Source: Toensbergia leucococca
Lineage: Eukaryota
Length of the DNA: 64,000 nt
NCBI GenBank assembly: GCA_022813965.1
Contig: JALDZS010000067.1
Coordinates: 1-64,000 of the forward strand
Direction: 5' to 3'
The notes under the pieces were generated by a model that was given only the letters and a program-made list of their open reading frames with translations, ran no database searches and had not been told where the DNA came from. Below, one piece after another: positions 1 to 13,865 of the stretch. A program made the translations under genes and the position numbers. The stretch's first letter is position 1, and each line of letters opens with the position of its first letter.

Positions 1-73
1 AAATCTTCTGACCAGCTGAAATTGAGGCCCTACGGGTATTAGGTGTTGGAGGAGGTGAGTTCTCGTTGGACAT
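1..73 (-). CDS. Possible 5' end of a gene running off the left edge
   Basis: ATG at 73 opens MSNENSPPPTPNTRRASISAGQKI with no stop to the window edge; RRAS is a PKA-type site. Only 24 codons are visible. Confidence 0.3.
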   Translation of the reverse strand, partial: MSNENSPPPTPNTRRASISAGQKI

Positions 74-1179
74 GATCAATTCAGATTTCTGACAAGGGAT
101 GTACGGTTATGTTGATAAGATCGACACGAGGACAGGTGCTAAGAATGAGAATGCTCTCTAGAAGTTGTTCTCGGCGGACTTCGGCGGAATGCAAACTAGC
201 AATTTAGAATGTTCAGATGCCTAGTTCGAAAGTTCTTCTTAGAGCTGTCGAAGTATGAAAGAGATTGAAGGTTGGAGGGAGATAAGGTAACTGCAGAAGT
301 AGAAAGTGGGAGGTGATGAAGCACACGAGGACTTGGTTGTAATTCAACAAAGTACCCTGGTTGAGAGACAAGGATCACGTCTTGTGAAACGCGGGGTTCA
401 GCGTCCAACGGTCCCTTACTCTTTGTTTTCATTCATCACACCTTCGCTAAGCTGCCTCGTCATTCAGGAAATGTACTGGTACTGAAGGTATTGATACAGT
501 ATCATCGAATTCAAGCACTCTCTTGCCCGTATCATTCAGTGATATCCTCGAGTCTGTACACACTGTCAAGGAAATCAAGAACCCGTTCTAGGAGGCACAG
601 ATTAAGTAGGTATTCTAGGGTCCGGAGTAGGAGCTGAAGGATTCATCTAATACGTCTCCTTGTCATGCTTGGGAGTATGACGAGTTGATGAATAAACACC
701 AAGAGTACCTTACGCCTTGCTTATGCTTGAAATGCTCTGTGCTTTCTCAGAACATGTCACTCAACACGCGTTGAGCCTAAGATTTCTTGTCGTCTTGATA
801 ATACGATACAAGCATCACCCTCTCGAGATTCTGTATTGAGAATACCACCGTCCCTAAGGACCTGCGTCTATCCTCTAAGCACGAGGCACGGTAGTCGCTT
901 ATCCCTGGGATTCGGTTGGTGATCCCTCTTTAATAATTATACAATTCAAGCTATTTGCTGCAAGCTGCAAGTCATAGTCTAGGCATAAGCCCTTTAGGAA
1001 GTAATCTACAGAATGCCCCGGTCCGTGAGCACCGTCATCAAACCTCGGACTTAGCCCGCTCCGTTTGCTCAAACACCACGAGCATAAGGTAAGCAGTACA
1101 ATCAATCAGGTCCTGAGCGGGGTGGGGAACCATGCAATGCTGGGGTATCAATGCAACATAAAGGAAATTTCGAGCAAAA

Positions 1180-4049
1180 CTAGGGCAATGTAGCGAGTTT
1201 ATGGAGTGCTGACAAAATACCTAGAGAGCCTCTGTCGTTAGTAAAAGACTCGTTTACTCGTGTAGATATGGCAAGTACAAACCAGTGACTCCTTGAGTCA
1301 ATGTTGCCATGGCTTCGGTATTTCTGGATCCCACACTGACCGTAGTCACGTCCTTGATAACGTTTTGTTTGCCGAGCTGATTAGCCCAGCGAAAAATGAC
1401 CTCGTCATCCCGTGCATCGCCAGCAACCATCAAAAAGTCCGGCGTCTTCGTCCGCTTGTCTTCGACGTCTTTCTTCTTTAGCAGCTCGAAGATCTGCGTT
1501 GCGGCCGTTCCCTTACTAAAGTCCGTTGGTTCGACCAGTACTCCACCTTCAATGGGAATAGCATGAACGTGTTGACTCTCGCACACGTCGTTGAGATGAT
1601 TAGCACATTCGCCTCCCTGCTTGGCAGCGGCCAGCTGGTCATCAGCTTTGTGATAGTGCAGAACTAAAGAGCAATGGCGCTCCTCGATCCAGCTACCTTC
1701 GATACGTTCCCGGTAGTAGTCTAGAAGCCCTTGCACGCTCTGCTTCCACACCATCATCTTCTCGATATCTGCCATTTCAGCCCAATCCTCTGAGCCGAAC
1801 TCCTTGAGGAAGCAGCCGTTTTCTGCAATCAATCCTAGGTCGGGAACACGACGGAAGAGACTATCTAAGTCTTCTGGCTTTTTCTCACTCATTACATACA
1901 CAACATTTTTGCCGTCTTCGAGAATCTCGTTGAGAATATCTAGCGTGCGCTGTGGGCTGGTAAGGAGCGTTGTTGAAGATGAGCCAGAAGATGCCAGAGT
2001 ACCCTCATAGTCTAATATAAAAAGACGTCGTTCTGCTGATTGATACTGCTCGGCAAGCTGACTGATAGATAGCCTGGGTATCGAGATGGTATCTCGACGT
2101 GTGTGTTCTTTCCAAGCCTTTTTCAGGCGGCCAAGGAAGCTCGTGAACCAGTATTCTGCAGTGTGATGCATCACGGCTGCCATGAGTTTGTGCCATCTTT
2201 CATCACGCTCCTGAGTACCCATCTCTAGAGCTGATCGAATAGCTTCGGAACATTGACGATAATCCCAAGGATTGACAGACAAGTCGTTCTCCTTGAACAC
2301 TGAAGCACTTCCTGTGAACTCGCTCAGGATCAAAGAGCCATGTTTATTTACCGAGTACTTGCCGTCCTGGCAGAAAAGGAACTCGTGGCTCGTAAGGTTC
2401 ATTCCTTCGCGAAGACTGGTGATCATAAGAGCGTCAGCAGCAGTGATCATTGCAAGGTACTGAGTAAACTCAATGTCTTGTTTTAAGAACACTAGAGGTT
2501 GGTGCGCAAGGGTAGAGTGCACAGAGTTGATTCTTGTTACAATGTCTGATACTGTGGCATCAAGTTCAGCCTGCTCGGTCGTTGAGGTGGCTACTTGTAT
2601 CATCACAACCTGACAACGTCAGTTCAATTACCTCCTGGCTCGTCAAAAGGCTTACCTTTTCGCTCATGTGTGGATACTTATTCAAGAAGAGCTCAAATGC
2701 TAGCAGCTTTTGACGTACACCTCGCACATGGTCAAGCTTGTCACGAGCAACGATGAGCTTTTTGTCTGGGTACTTGTCCTTGATACGGTCGATATGGTTC
2801 AGGACTTCAGGGTCTGCTCGCTTTGCACTGAGTGAGACAGGATCAATGCCAATTGGAAAGGTAGAAACGTTGACGAATCGGTCCTCCAATTGCAGACCGT
2901 CAGTCGTCGCTTCAACACAAAGTAAACGACTGCAGGTTTGAAGAAAATGATGACAGTATTCTTGGGTTTGAAAACCAATCAAATTTGCGCCGAGTAGACC
3001 TTCAAGCAATTCCCTGCGGACTGCAAGACATCGGAAAACCTCAGAGGAAGGAAATGCAACGTGCAGAAAGAAGCCAATCTGCGCGTCAGGAAGTTTGCTC
3101 CGCACCATGGATGGTACCAACAAGAGGTGATAGTCATGGATCCATATGATATCGCCCCTCTTCCAGTCTTTGACTATACGATCGGTAAACGCCTGGTTAG
3201 CTTTGACATAGTAGACCCAAGAGTGATCCTCGAAAGCTTTACTCTTCGGGTTATCGGGGATCTGGTAATGGAATACGGGCCAGAGGATAGTTTTGCAGTA
3301 ACGGGAATAATGGCCGTCGAAGTCACTATCACTAAGAAAGACTGTTAAGGAATCGTATTCGTTTGCAAGCCTATCCTCGATGTCGAATTTCTGAGAGTCT
3401 TCTAGGGCATCAGTTGGCATTCCAAGAGTACCCACCTTAAAGAGCTTAGCAGATAGGTTCACTTAAGAGCTTCGGAATACGTACCCACGTCTTCTCCTCG
3501 AGAGAACCTGCCTCAACGGCGGCCTGTACGGCGTTGCGAAGACCTCCGTTGCCTTGCTCGGCCGAATGAACAGACCATGCCACAGAATTGAAAGCGCGTT
3601 CATGGCTTTGATCCCTCTGCGACTTTCTCGATGCACGAGATCTCGGCTGATTGAAACCACTTTTACCCCAGGCAGGAGAGTGTGGATCACTCAGGGCCAT
3701 GGGATGTGGGGCATTCTTATGGGAAATCTTAGCATCAATGGACGACGGCTGCTTGGGAACGAAGAAGCCTTCATGTTCTGTGACTGCTGGCGTTTCAGGA
3801 ATTGGGGAGATTGTCATGTCCTGACTGAACAAACTGAGCGGCTGTCCGTCATTGTAATCGCCAGCTCTAATCTGACTCGAACGGCGCGAGGGAAGAGGGG
3901 GCCGGGAGGTTGCCTTGGTGACATTGAAATGTATAGTGTACGGGAGAAATCTGGCAAGAAATTGGGCATGATCAGTCTTTACATACTCATGATTTATGGA
4001 AGTGTTTTGGGATCTAGTTTACTTACAGGGAAGCAACAAAGACAGTCAT
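1180..4049 (-). CDS. TPS3: Trehalose-6-phosphate synthase/phosphatase complex regulatory subunit (TPS3/TSL1/TslA-like), 5 exons
   Basis: Exons 4049-4027, 3950-3485, 3435-2656, 2609-1283, 1220-1180. Begins MTVFVASLFLPYT. GT20 motifs (WIHDYHL, GFFLHVAFPSSE, REGMNL). The HAD motif reads DYEGT rather than catalytic DYDGT, as expected for the regulatory subunit. Confidence 0.9.
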
Positions 4050-4606
4050 GGCTGTATGATAAGCTTCTCAAGATAAAAGAAAAGGTGGTGAAAGCTTTGT
4101 AGGTGGTGGAGGCCCTGTAGGTGGTTGAGGCTTTGCAAGCGGCATGGCAAAGAAGCTGAGTGGGTGCACGAAGCTGTTCAGAGTTGTGTTAAGTGTCCGT
4201 AAACATCAAACATTTCTGAGGAAGCTATGACCTAGTTGTGGCTTGTGCTTTGCCTTACCAGGGATCCTCAATGTTTCACGATAGCATCGTGAAAGATAAC
4301 AGTATGACATCATCGTCTCGTCTCGATAACATGGATTGCAAGAAGCCAAAGTACCTTAAAGTACGGTAGATTCTGTCCGTATCTTCACATTTCTTCCATC
4401 ATATGACATGAGACCAGTGGGGATCAAAACGAATACCTGAACTGTATGCAATTCAACATGAAGTCAATTTATAAAGGTGTTTCACCTAGTATCTCTCACG
4501 GATCAGATCAAGATTTCCATACACAGCAGTGAAAGAGCGTTAAGACACGATTCACAACAGCATCTTCTAACACATATGGCAACTACTTCTTTCCGTTTTC
4601 CTCTCC

Positions 4607-5896
4607 TTAGACCATTCTAATACCCAATTCTTTCTCCCTTTCAATAGCCTCTTCATCCACAATAACAATCCCCTTACCCGACATACGACCACTATGGGCC
4701 AGCTCAACCAAATCCGGTATCTGCTTTAGACCACGGAAAACATTCGTCTTGACAGTGATGTTGTGTTCGGCGACCATGTTCAGCATGTCTTGCGCCTGCT
4801 GTCTGGAACAGATCAACGATCCTTCGATCCGCACGTCACGGAAGATGAGCTCGTTGAACGGGACTGAGACTTCAGTTGGCTAGGAGAATATTAGCAAAAG
4901 GTCGCTGTACTTCAGCAAAGTCATTGATCCCAGTTCACGAACCTGGGCAATTTGTATCATTCTCCCGTGCAACCTCGTCACAGCACAGGCCAATCCCGCT
5001 GCTATTGGAGCATCACTGACGTTCACCGTAGCATGACATCCCTCCCCCCCTGTAGCCTTCATGATCTCCTTCACAACTTCCTCCTTTTCTGTCCTAGCAT
5101 CAACAACCACATCCGCTCCCGTTTCCTTCGACAAAGCTAGGCCTTCATCTCTAGCATCAACCCCTATGACTTTCAAACCAAATGCTTTCGCAAACTGTAT
5201 TCCCAAATGTCCCAATCCACCCCCCGACCCTACAATTCCCAGCCATTGACCCTTCTCAAGCTTCGCCTGCACAACACCTCGGTAGATGGTGCATCCTACC
5301 CACATCGTTAGTTCGACAGTTTCCCATCGACCCAAGAGTGTCTCCCAGTGCCGGCGCAGGCTAAGGGTGCCGCAGTCTGAAGGCTCACCTTCCCCGGCAC
5401 CAAACTTGCCTCTCTCCCGTCACATTCTACATATTCCGCAAAACATCCATTTTCTCCTGTCGTGACTCCCAGATGGCCTTTTAAATTAGGACAATACTGC
5501 TTATAATTCTCCGGCCCATTGCAGCTAACACACTCTCCACATCTGCCTACGGGTAAACCGCACATGACCCTATCCCCAGGTTTGAAGTCTTTAATTGCCG
5601 AGCCAACAGCGACTACCGTACCAGCTCCTTCGTGAGACGCAGTCTGCGGGAGCGGGCATGGAAAGGCGCCCGCCGAAACCATGCCATCTGTATGGCACAG
5701 AGATGCGACAGCAACTTTAACGCAGAGAGAATATTCGGAAAGGGAAGAGGGAGCAGGGATGTTATGTATGGCGTAAGGGGCATTGACTAAAAAGAGCAAG
5801 CGTATTAGTGGAGGAACTGGAGAGTAAAGCACAGAGAGCTAGACACTTGACGACTTGACATGATAGCATTGATGGAGGTACGCCTTCGATGCCCAT
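4607..5896 (-). CDS. Zinc-binding alcohol dehydrogenase (MDR family), 4 exons
   Basis: CHTD and SHEGAG catalytic Zn motifs, structural Zn cysteines (CGECVSC...C) and GSGGGLG Rossmann motif. Introns at 5844-5787, 5351-5296 and about 4941-4880. Confidence 0.88.
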
Positions 5897-6587
5897 CTTC
5901 GAGAATCTATTGTAGCGGTTCGAATGAGAGAGACTCCAAGAGTGGTAGGTGCATGGTGGTCGTCATGGTCCGGAACTCCTTGCTCGCAATAGTGAAGTTC
6001 CACGGAAATAACGTCATTACGTCTCTCCAAGGTCGGACATAACGGTAATAATGATTTTTAAACGATTTGTTAGATCCAAGAGTCCGCCTATTATATGTTC
6101 AAAGCAATTGCCTTCATGCAGGAGAAGGAGAATGGACCTTGGAGCTGTCCAAGAAGGTCCTCTTACATGAGAGGGTCTCCCTCGTCGATCCCTAGTCCTA
6201 CCCGGGAACAATACTTCACCACGGCACGATGCAGAGGCAGTTGGCTCGGTGATTGCTCCGGAGCAGAGTACCCTGTCCACATGCCTAAATAAGTAGTACG
6301 TCGTGTAAGCTTGAATATGCATTCTGAAGCTATGCTTTGCATGACTGGGAGACTCATGTGCAGCTAATCATGGCCGGCGAGATGCTGTGTAATTGAACAC
6401 GTATGCGTTACACCACTGTTTGAAGTAACAGCTGGCTTTGCCTATGAAGATGATTACCAAATAATACATTGTCTGCCTACCGCATCAAGGAAGAGTAACG
6501 CCGACCGCATGATTCCAAGGGTATCACTCGTGGGTATCGAAGCGAACATCTTTCTCCCCATATATCAGATCCCGGCCTCGTGCCACC

Positions 6588-9500
6588 TCACGGCGACAGT
6601 CTGGCTTTGACAGTCACTCTTTGCGGCGAGGCCAGAGCATTTACCCCCGGCACAGAGCCTGTACTCTCCCTCTGCCTTTGCTGCGCAACCCGAACACTTC
6701 CGCTTTTCCCCTTGATTAGCTGCCCGGTTTCAACTCTATCTTGGATCATCTCATCTAGTATTCTAGACATCTCATCCACACTCCTTTTGTTATTGTCTTT
6801 ATCCTTTTGCGTTGACAGTAGATCCACGGGCCCTGGCAAACAGGCTCCACTACCAACACTGTCCTTACTCTGATGTCCTAGTTCTTTAACATTCCCGGGC
6901 TGCAAAGGATCAGTTGCAAGATCAGCAAGATCACGCTTGCGCGCGGCAGATCGGAGGGCTGTCACCATACGATCTTTGTCGTCGAGTCGAGCTCGAAGAT
7001 CCGCGATTTCGGAGTCCTTCTCTAGCAAGAGGCTGGCCATGTCAGAATCCTCCCCCAAGCCATTCAGAACCCTTTGCGAAGGTGAGAAGCCAAGCGAGGT
7101 CCGTGAGTGGCTGGAACGTCGTGCTTGCAGAAGCCGTTTTTCTAGAGTAGATATGTATCTGTTCTTATCCGATAGGTCTGCCAAAAGAGCACGAATCTGA
7201 GCCTTTGAGGTGGCAGTCCCATCTCCATATTCGCCCGTTGAGTCCTCCTCTCCGGTTTCATTCTCATTTGGGGAGCCGGGAGAATGAGCGTTGCTCATCT
7301 GACCACTAACGGTAGCAGAAGAGTCCCCGGACACGTTTCGACGCAGTGAGGCAGCTGGCGTAGAATGACTCCCTGACGAACGGGCAGATAACGAGGCACC
7401 ATCGCCAGCAATCAAACCTGGAGACTTTGGGTGCATGCTCAATGAAGAAGAACCTCCCTTGTAATTTACCCCTGTAGATTTTGACGATATTATCAAGCGG
7501 TTCAAATGCTCGATACGTTCCTTCAATGCGGTTCTCGCAAGCTGCATCTCGAGCATTTGCTCTTCATGCCTTTGCTCAGCATCTCTTTCTATCTGCTTCT
7601 CTTCTTTCTTCAGCTGAGTTCTTGCTTGACCCTCAAGTTGACCTCGTAGAGCCTGGATCTCCATGCGATAACGTTCAAGCAGGACCCTACTACCCGCATC
7701 TGATCCGCTACCTAGGGCTTCCTCTGCCTTCTTCGCGTGACTGACAATGTTGTTCTTGGCTCGTGCTGCAAATTTGAGAGTATTCAATGTTTCTCCAGTA
7801 TGGCTGTTTGCTGCGGCAGCACTGCCCATCGACCCGATCTGGATCGTGCAGAGAATACTGACTAGCGAGTTCCCAGATAAGGCAGGCTGCAGCAGTCGAG
7901 TAAGTTTACTGTCTCTATATGGCAAGTGCTTGCCATCTTTATCCATTGGGTTACCATTAATGTCCTTATTACCAGAAAGTCGCGCAATGACGGTACCTAG
8001 AGTGAGCAGACTCTTGTTTATGTGGGAACCTTCAGTCCGGCGTTCCTTACTATCAGCCGCTCTTTCAGAGCCAGCCAAGTCAATCAAACTCAACGTAGAT
8101 ACCTGTACGCCCCCAGGGAGCAGAGGAGATCGCTTGTTCTCGTGCAAGGAGTCATTGACCGCCGCACGCTGCCTACTTTCCACAACGATTTGGACAACCG
8201 CGTGGCTTCGCGAGCTTCGTGCATTATGCTGAGTACTTCCTGTTCGTCTCGCATGGTCACCCCTGGCGATGACTCGCAACAATTGAGTTGGACTCTGCAC
8301 TATCTCTTCCTTCAACGGGGAGGCGTAGACTCCTCTTTTACTGTCTTCGCGAAGTTTAATCTCTTCTTGCTGGGCTGCTCCTTGGCCTGTGCCACCAGCG
8401 GGCAACGGAGACAGCAGATCATGGATTTTCTCGTTGTAGATTTCCAAATAGCTAACCCGTAATAAGAATTCTCGATTAGGGGTTTCACGAATATAAGAAA
8501 ATATGTCGGTGATCGCAAGAGGTATTACACCCGGTGACGTCGCAGTACCTTGCATTGAAAAAGTTTTCCCAGTCCCTGTCATACCATAGGCAAAAACAGT
8601 ACCATGGTAGCCTTCCATTACCCGGCGTACTAGTCGCTTCGCTGAAGAATCATAAATCTTATCGTTTTTGTCATAGGTCGTAAAAACATTGTCTGCGATG
8701 GAGTTTGAGCAACTCAATCCTCACGAATCCAGAGGCAGCTTACCATAGTAATAGTCTCCGCCCTCTCGACCTTTGTAAGCCACGAGCGACCTTCTGCCGT
8801 CGATCATCCACTCTCCTTCAGGATTGCTACTACCTATTCCGGCCGCATCTGGCCGTACTCGCACACTCACTATCACGTTGCCTTTGACTTCCTTTGCCTT
8901 TGCTTGCCTTACATTGCCAGAGACACGTTTCTCTAGATCCTCTCGGCCCTTCCTGCTATTTTCATCAACGTCTTCAAAGGTTGTTGCCGATGTTGAGTAT
9001 GACCCTTGTGCCGATGAGCTTCTGCTATGTGGCGGCGAAGGAAGGCTGAGAAGGCCGTCTGAGCACCGGGCAGCAGGGACAGACTTGGCGTTTCCATTCA
9101 ACAAGCTTGGGGTGCCAGAGGGTGTGGCTTTTGGAATCGATGTATCATTCGCAATCTTTGTTTTCTTGAGTCTTAGGCTACCAGCTAGTGTCGCGGAAGC
9201 ACTTGAGCCGTCTGATCCTCGACGTTCGCCCTCTAATTTTGAAAGTGGTCCAGGTGAAGGAGCCACGGCAGTTGCAGCTTTTCTGATGCCCGTTCTCGGC
9301 GGCTGCGGGAAAGCCGCAATACTAATTGAACGTCGGAGATTCTTGCTCGGATTGCTGGTCTCATGCTGAGTAACAATTGATAGAGACCGCAACGTCGGTA
9401 CGACTGGAGTAGAATTTGCAAGGTATGACTTGGGAGTAGCAGCTGGTATGGTAGACCTTGACGGTGTCCGTAGGGAAAGCTTGGATGGTATTTGAGATGC

Positions 9501-9620
9501 GGATGGTGTGCGACGTGTTTCTGGCGGGGTTGGAAGAATTTTCCGGGTCTTCGAAGCTGGCAAAGGCGGTAGAGCAGAATTAGGCGGATCAAAGGTTGGT
9601 TTGGTCAATGTAGTTGTCAT
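6588..9620 (-). CDS. kipA: Kinesin-7 (KipA/Kip2/Tea2-like) motor protein
   Basis: Low-complexity N-terminus, VSVRVRP, P-loop GMTGTGKT, SSRSH and LIDLAGSE motifs, coiled-coil tail. One intron at about 8743-8693. Confidence 0.88.
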
Positions 9621-11513
9621 GGCTGATGGGCGGTAAAAGTGCGAGCCGACTTGCGGTGAATGGCAGGTTAGAAGGGTGACAGTAATCGGCAAGGGGATCT
9701 GAGTGTGTTTTGCTTCAGCGCCAAACGATCAAAGGCGTCGGTATGAACATGTTCTCTTCTCCCTCGATTCTCGAAGAAGGCCTCAACGTATCAAGAGATT
9801 TTGCTTCTCGGACAGGATAACGGTACGAGAGACGCGACGGAGGTGTTTGACAGGTTTTTCAGCGTGGATTGGCAGATTTCGGGCAGGTATGCATGGCAGG
9901 GCGTTTGTAGAAAAGTTCTCCAGTGCTCATTCGGTAATGCACGTATGCCGTAATGGGGGCAATTTGGTGATTGATCAATAATATAATGTCCCGAAAAGGT
10001 GCTTAAGCGTGGGATGTGCAGCTCAACAGGAGACGGCCAATAAGCGCATAAGGTGTGTCGAAAGTGATACAACTGGAGCAATAAAGGTAAAGGGGTCTGG
10101 AGAATGGAGGGATCCGACCAGGGTGTTTGGCGCCAGTGATGTGATGAGGATTGAGGAGTTCTCAATGTGCTTTTGTTTGATTGATGGGGAAAAAGCCACT
10201 AGATTCGATTGGTTGGCTGAGCACCAATCGCAATGGACGAAGGTTGGTAGAACGAGAAGAGCTGTCAAAGGCTTCCTGCTGGCAGCCGTCTCGATTCAGT
10301 CTCAAGTGTCAAGTAGAATATTCTACGGAGTACTCGTATGACAAATGACTAATGTATGCAGCAAAGTGTGAATGTTGATGATGATGAATCACTTTGCGTG
10401 TCTGCATGATGCATGAAGATGGTCTATGCTTTATGCTTTATGCTTGAGATCTATCCTTTATCCTTTTTCCTTTTCCTCTCTCCTCCTGTACGACTGCGGA
10501 ACCCTACGACGATTCCGTCGCACCATCCCTGCCTGATACCCCGGCAAAAATGCCATCCTTCATCCTTCCGGCGCACGCATATCTTAGTGCCCACTCTCGA
10601 GCCACGTTAGTTCCGACCATGGCACAAATACGGATACATCCAATTTACTAGGAAGAAAAGGTCTCCACGAATGGAATCGCTAATTGATAAATATCTGAGC
10701 TAGATACACTGTTGACCAAAACTCCCTTTTCCTATTTCCTTACGTCTCCGCTTGAATGTTGCCTCCATGAGAGAAAGTTCAAATGTTATCTAGCTTAAAA
10801 GCATGCATCATCCTTTCCTCTCACAAGGAGGTTTTACACCGACGTTTAACCTGGCACAGACGTTGCAAAAAGATTGAACCAAATGCAGGCAACCTGCCGA
10901 TCACTTTACCAAGATCTACTCTAGTGTCACCTCCACTGACCGTCTCATCAAGTTTGACTAGGTGGTCAGTCAACCTCTACTAGTTGTACTCGAAGGCTAA
11001 GGTATCATACCAGCCTGTTTCCATTAGTTTTCGGGCATCTCAGAACCAACTTCCGCGACTCTACCGTACTAGCCAACCACTTGCGGGATAATGAATCGAG
11101 CATATCCTTTGAATCGTTGAGCTTGAATGATGTGTCATGTTTCGTCCTGTGTTCGTCACGGCCTGAATCGCTTGTATTCAATGAGTAAGACTTGAGCGTG
11201 TTCAGGATGTCTTTAAGTCTCAGCCACTGTCCATGAACGTTTACGCAGGACTCGAAATATGTGTGGTGAGATTGTCCAAGCGACATTGAATCAGTGCTTC
11301 CATCAATCGAGTATTTCTGGATGTCTGCGAGCTCTAGTGTCTACACTTGAGCCTCCGCAGAAGCTAAAGCTGAGAATGTAGACGGAGAAGGAGAATAGAA
11401 ATCGAGGAATATCAACATTACTTATTACTTAGGTATTCATATCTGGAAAGTACGAGTACCTTTCTCAACCTCACTTACAGTCCTCACTTTGCTTCAAATC
11501 AATTACCATAAGT

Positions 11514-12139
11514 ATGGATATTGAATCTCAATCCCTCCCGCCCTCTTATCAACAACCTTTCTTACACAAAAATTCATCCCTCATATCTCCACTTCTCCCT
11601 CCAATCATCTCCCCCAAGGAAGCCAGCGAATACAAATCGGAATCATTCAAGACATCGTTCATGACAGGAGCTTATTCCCTCCGCCAGATGTTCTCGAGAG
11701 TTTAATGTGGCAATCTTATCATAGTCATAGTAATAATTGCTGCAGTCACCGGTAAGCTCTGAATCTCATTCAAGCCGGCTGTTTCAAATTGTAATAAAAA
11801 CATCGGGGTGTCACAGCGAGACTAAGATACCTGTCAGCAGAGGCACCGTGGGCGGTCATAATGAAATCAGCTGCAGAAATTTGTTTCACGGTCCTCTTGT
11901 CCACAAAGTGGGGTTTGACGGTAAGCTTTCATTTCTCACTTTGATCAGGAAATTGACTGACACAACCTTCTTAGTCAATGCTCGAGTTACACGGCCCCGA
12001 CGAAGATGCGTATCGTAGGTATCACGCTGACATCATGAAGTGGAAGTCATTGGCGGTGCTGCTTTCCGGTCTATCGATCATAATGTCCACAGTGATGGTC
12101 GTCGGCTTCCACTACTTTTTGGAGGGAGCCAAGGCATAG
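11514..12139 (+). pseudogene. Three-exon small membrane-protein gene with a single in-frame stop (TAA 11703-11705)
   Basis: Exons 11514-11751, 11838-11920 and 11975-12139 join in frame through two introns (GTAAGC...CTAAG/CTGAC...YAG). Three hydrophobic segments lie downstream of the stop. Confidence 0.55.
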
Positions 12140-13865
12140 TGTGAGTCAAATGTCAAGGTTTCTTCAAGCCAGATCTGCCTTTCTGATTGAATAAGTAATG
12201 AAACTGATCAGGTATTAGGTGTCTGACTCGCACGCTGGCATCGTACAAACAACACGTGCCTTTCCCAACCTGGCGATTATCCGTTATGCACAGTGGCATA
12301 ATCACCAACCTTAAAGAGCCAAGGGTTCCTCTTGAGAAGGGAATGTATAGATTATAGCATGGAACGCGTCAATACTGCGCCCGGGGGTGGGAGGATAAGG
12401 TGGAGAATTGAGCGAAACGCGGTATGAAATCCCGATGATTCCCCCAGATGATCCTGCGCCTGAATTGCACGCAGTTGAGGAGGTAGATCACAGACAGATA
12501 GAATCTGAGGGTTTTGAGGCAATTTGTACACGACATCCCTATGTGATTTTGCGGCCGAGGACTGGGTAAGTGGTCAGTGTAAAAAAGGAGTGTCATGGCG
12601 TGTATAATTTCACAACTCTAATAATACCTAGAATACCGTGGTAGACATGAGGATGCCAGAGTATCAATGGTAGATTTCAGTAAATAATCTTACAAACGTG
12701 ACTGTTCCGAATGGACCCGACTGATATAGGGGCCGACGAAAGAAGAGTACGTGGTGGGACGCCCACTCATGCCTTGTAACTTTTTCGAATCATGAACATC
12801 TCCCTCATTGTGTTTTGATCTGGCAAGATGTGAAAAGGATAATCTGGACTGTAAACCGCTTCTTGCTTTAGGATCTAGATCTCAGAAATTGATAGGTTTT
12901 AGTGACAATGAGAGAATGATTACATTTGGAAGCTTGTACAGTGGGAACTCATCGTTTCTCCCTGCATGCATCAAATATGGAAAAAAAAAAACCAGCACGC
13001 TTCAACTCAGCTTGCTATTATTCCCAATGTGTTTTGTTAATACAACCTTTGCTCTGACTTTTTTTCTCTACAATAGAACAACCTGTACACCAAATCGGTA
13101 TCATCTGGAAGGCTGGAATTTAAAATTCAAGAGCAGCAGAAAAGTTCGACCTGGCGGATGTTTTGACAGTGGATTCGAGGGTAGTCACCGCTCAACATAA
13201 GCGCTCCGTTCAGTAGCAAGAGGCGTAGCGAGAGGGAGGATAAGGAAAATAGGAAATATACTCTGAGCCGAGCATAGCGGGGTGAAGAATCTTCATGCAG
13301 TTGAGTACCAGCTGAGTGCAGGCAGGATGATGAGCTAAACCTCTTCAATGCGACGCAAAAAACACCTCGCCCATCATCTGGTTGTCCAATTGGTATGAAC
13401 GTGGTAGATGGGAATGTGAGTGTATCAAATGGGGGTGTAGGTCGAGTATCACAAGGCTTCAGTAAGTCCGCCTATCCATTGGTTGGGACAAAAATCGAGT
13501 CAGCTAGACCTGTGTAACGACCCCGAGGATTCAGAACTGATCGACGGTTCAAAGATCTCGGTACAGCAATGGCCGCATGAAGGACGTTGATCTAACGTGT
13601 CGTGCAGCCACTGGTCAGATACAGCATTGGTCCAGACTACACAGGCTGAGAGATCTAGGTTTGATAGGGTATGACCATCGGTCCGGAATGCTTCTTGGTC
13701 ATATGGCGTAAGATTCTCTGCTTTCAAGTGATCGATTTTCTATCCTTATCACTTTCCCATGGTCGCTTATGCATATGATCCGTCTTGTTTGCTTCCCTTT
13801 TTGATAGCCATCTGTTGATGTTTCCGAAATCTCGTGTCAAATCCTGATTCCTTATATAAATAACC

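Noticed and set aside
10550..11286. Short ORFs (10550-10653 +; 11005-11286 -) in the long intergenic region
   Set aside because: No recognisable motif or convincing splice chain.
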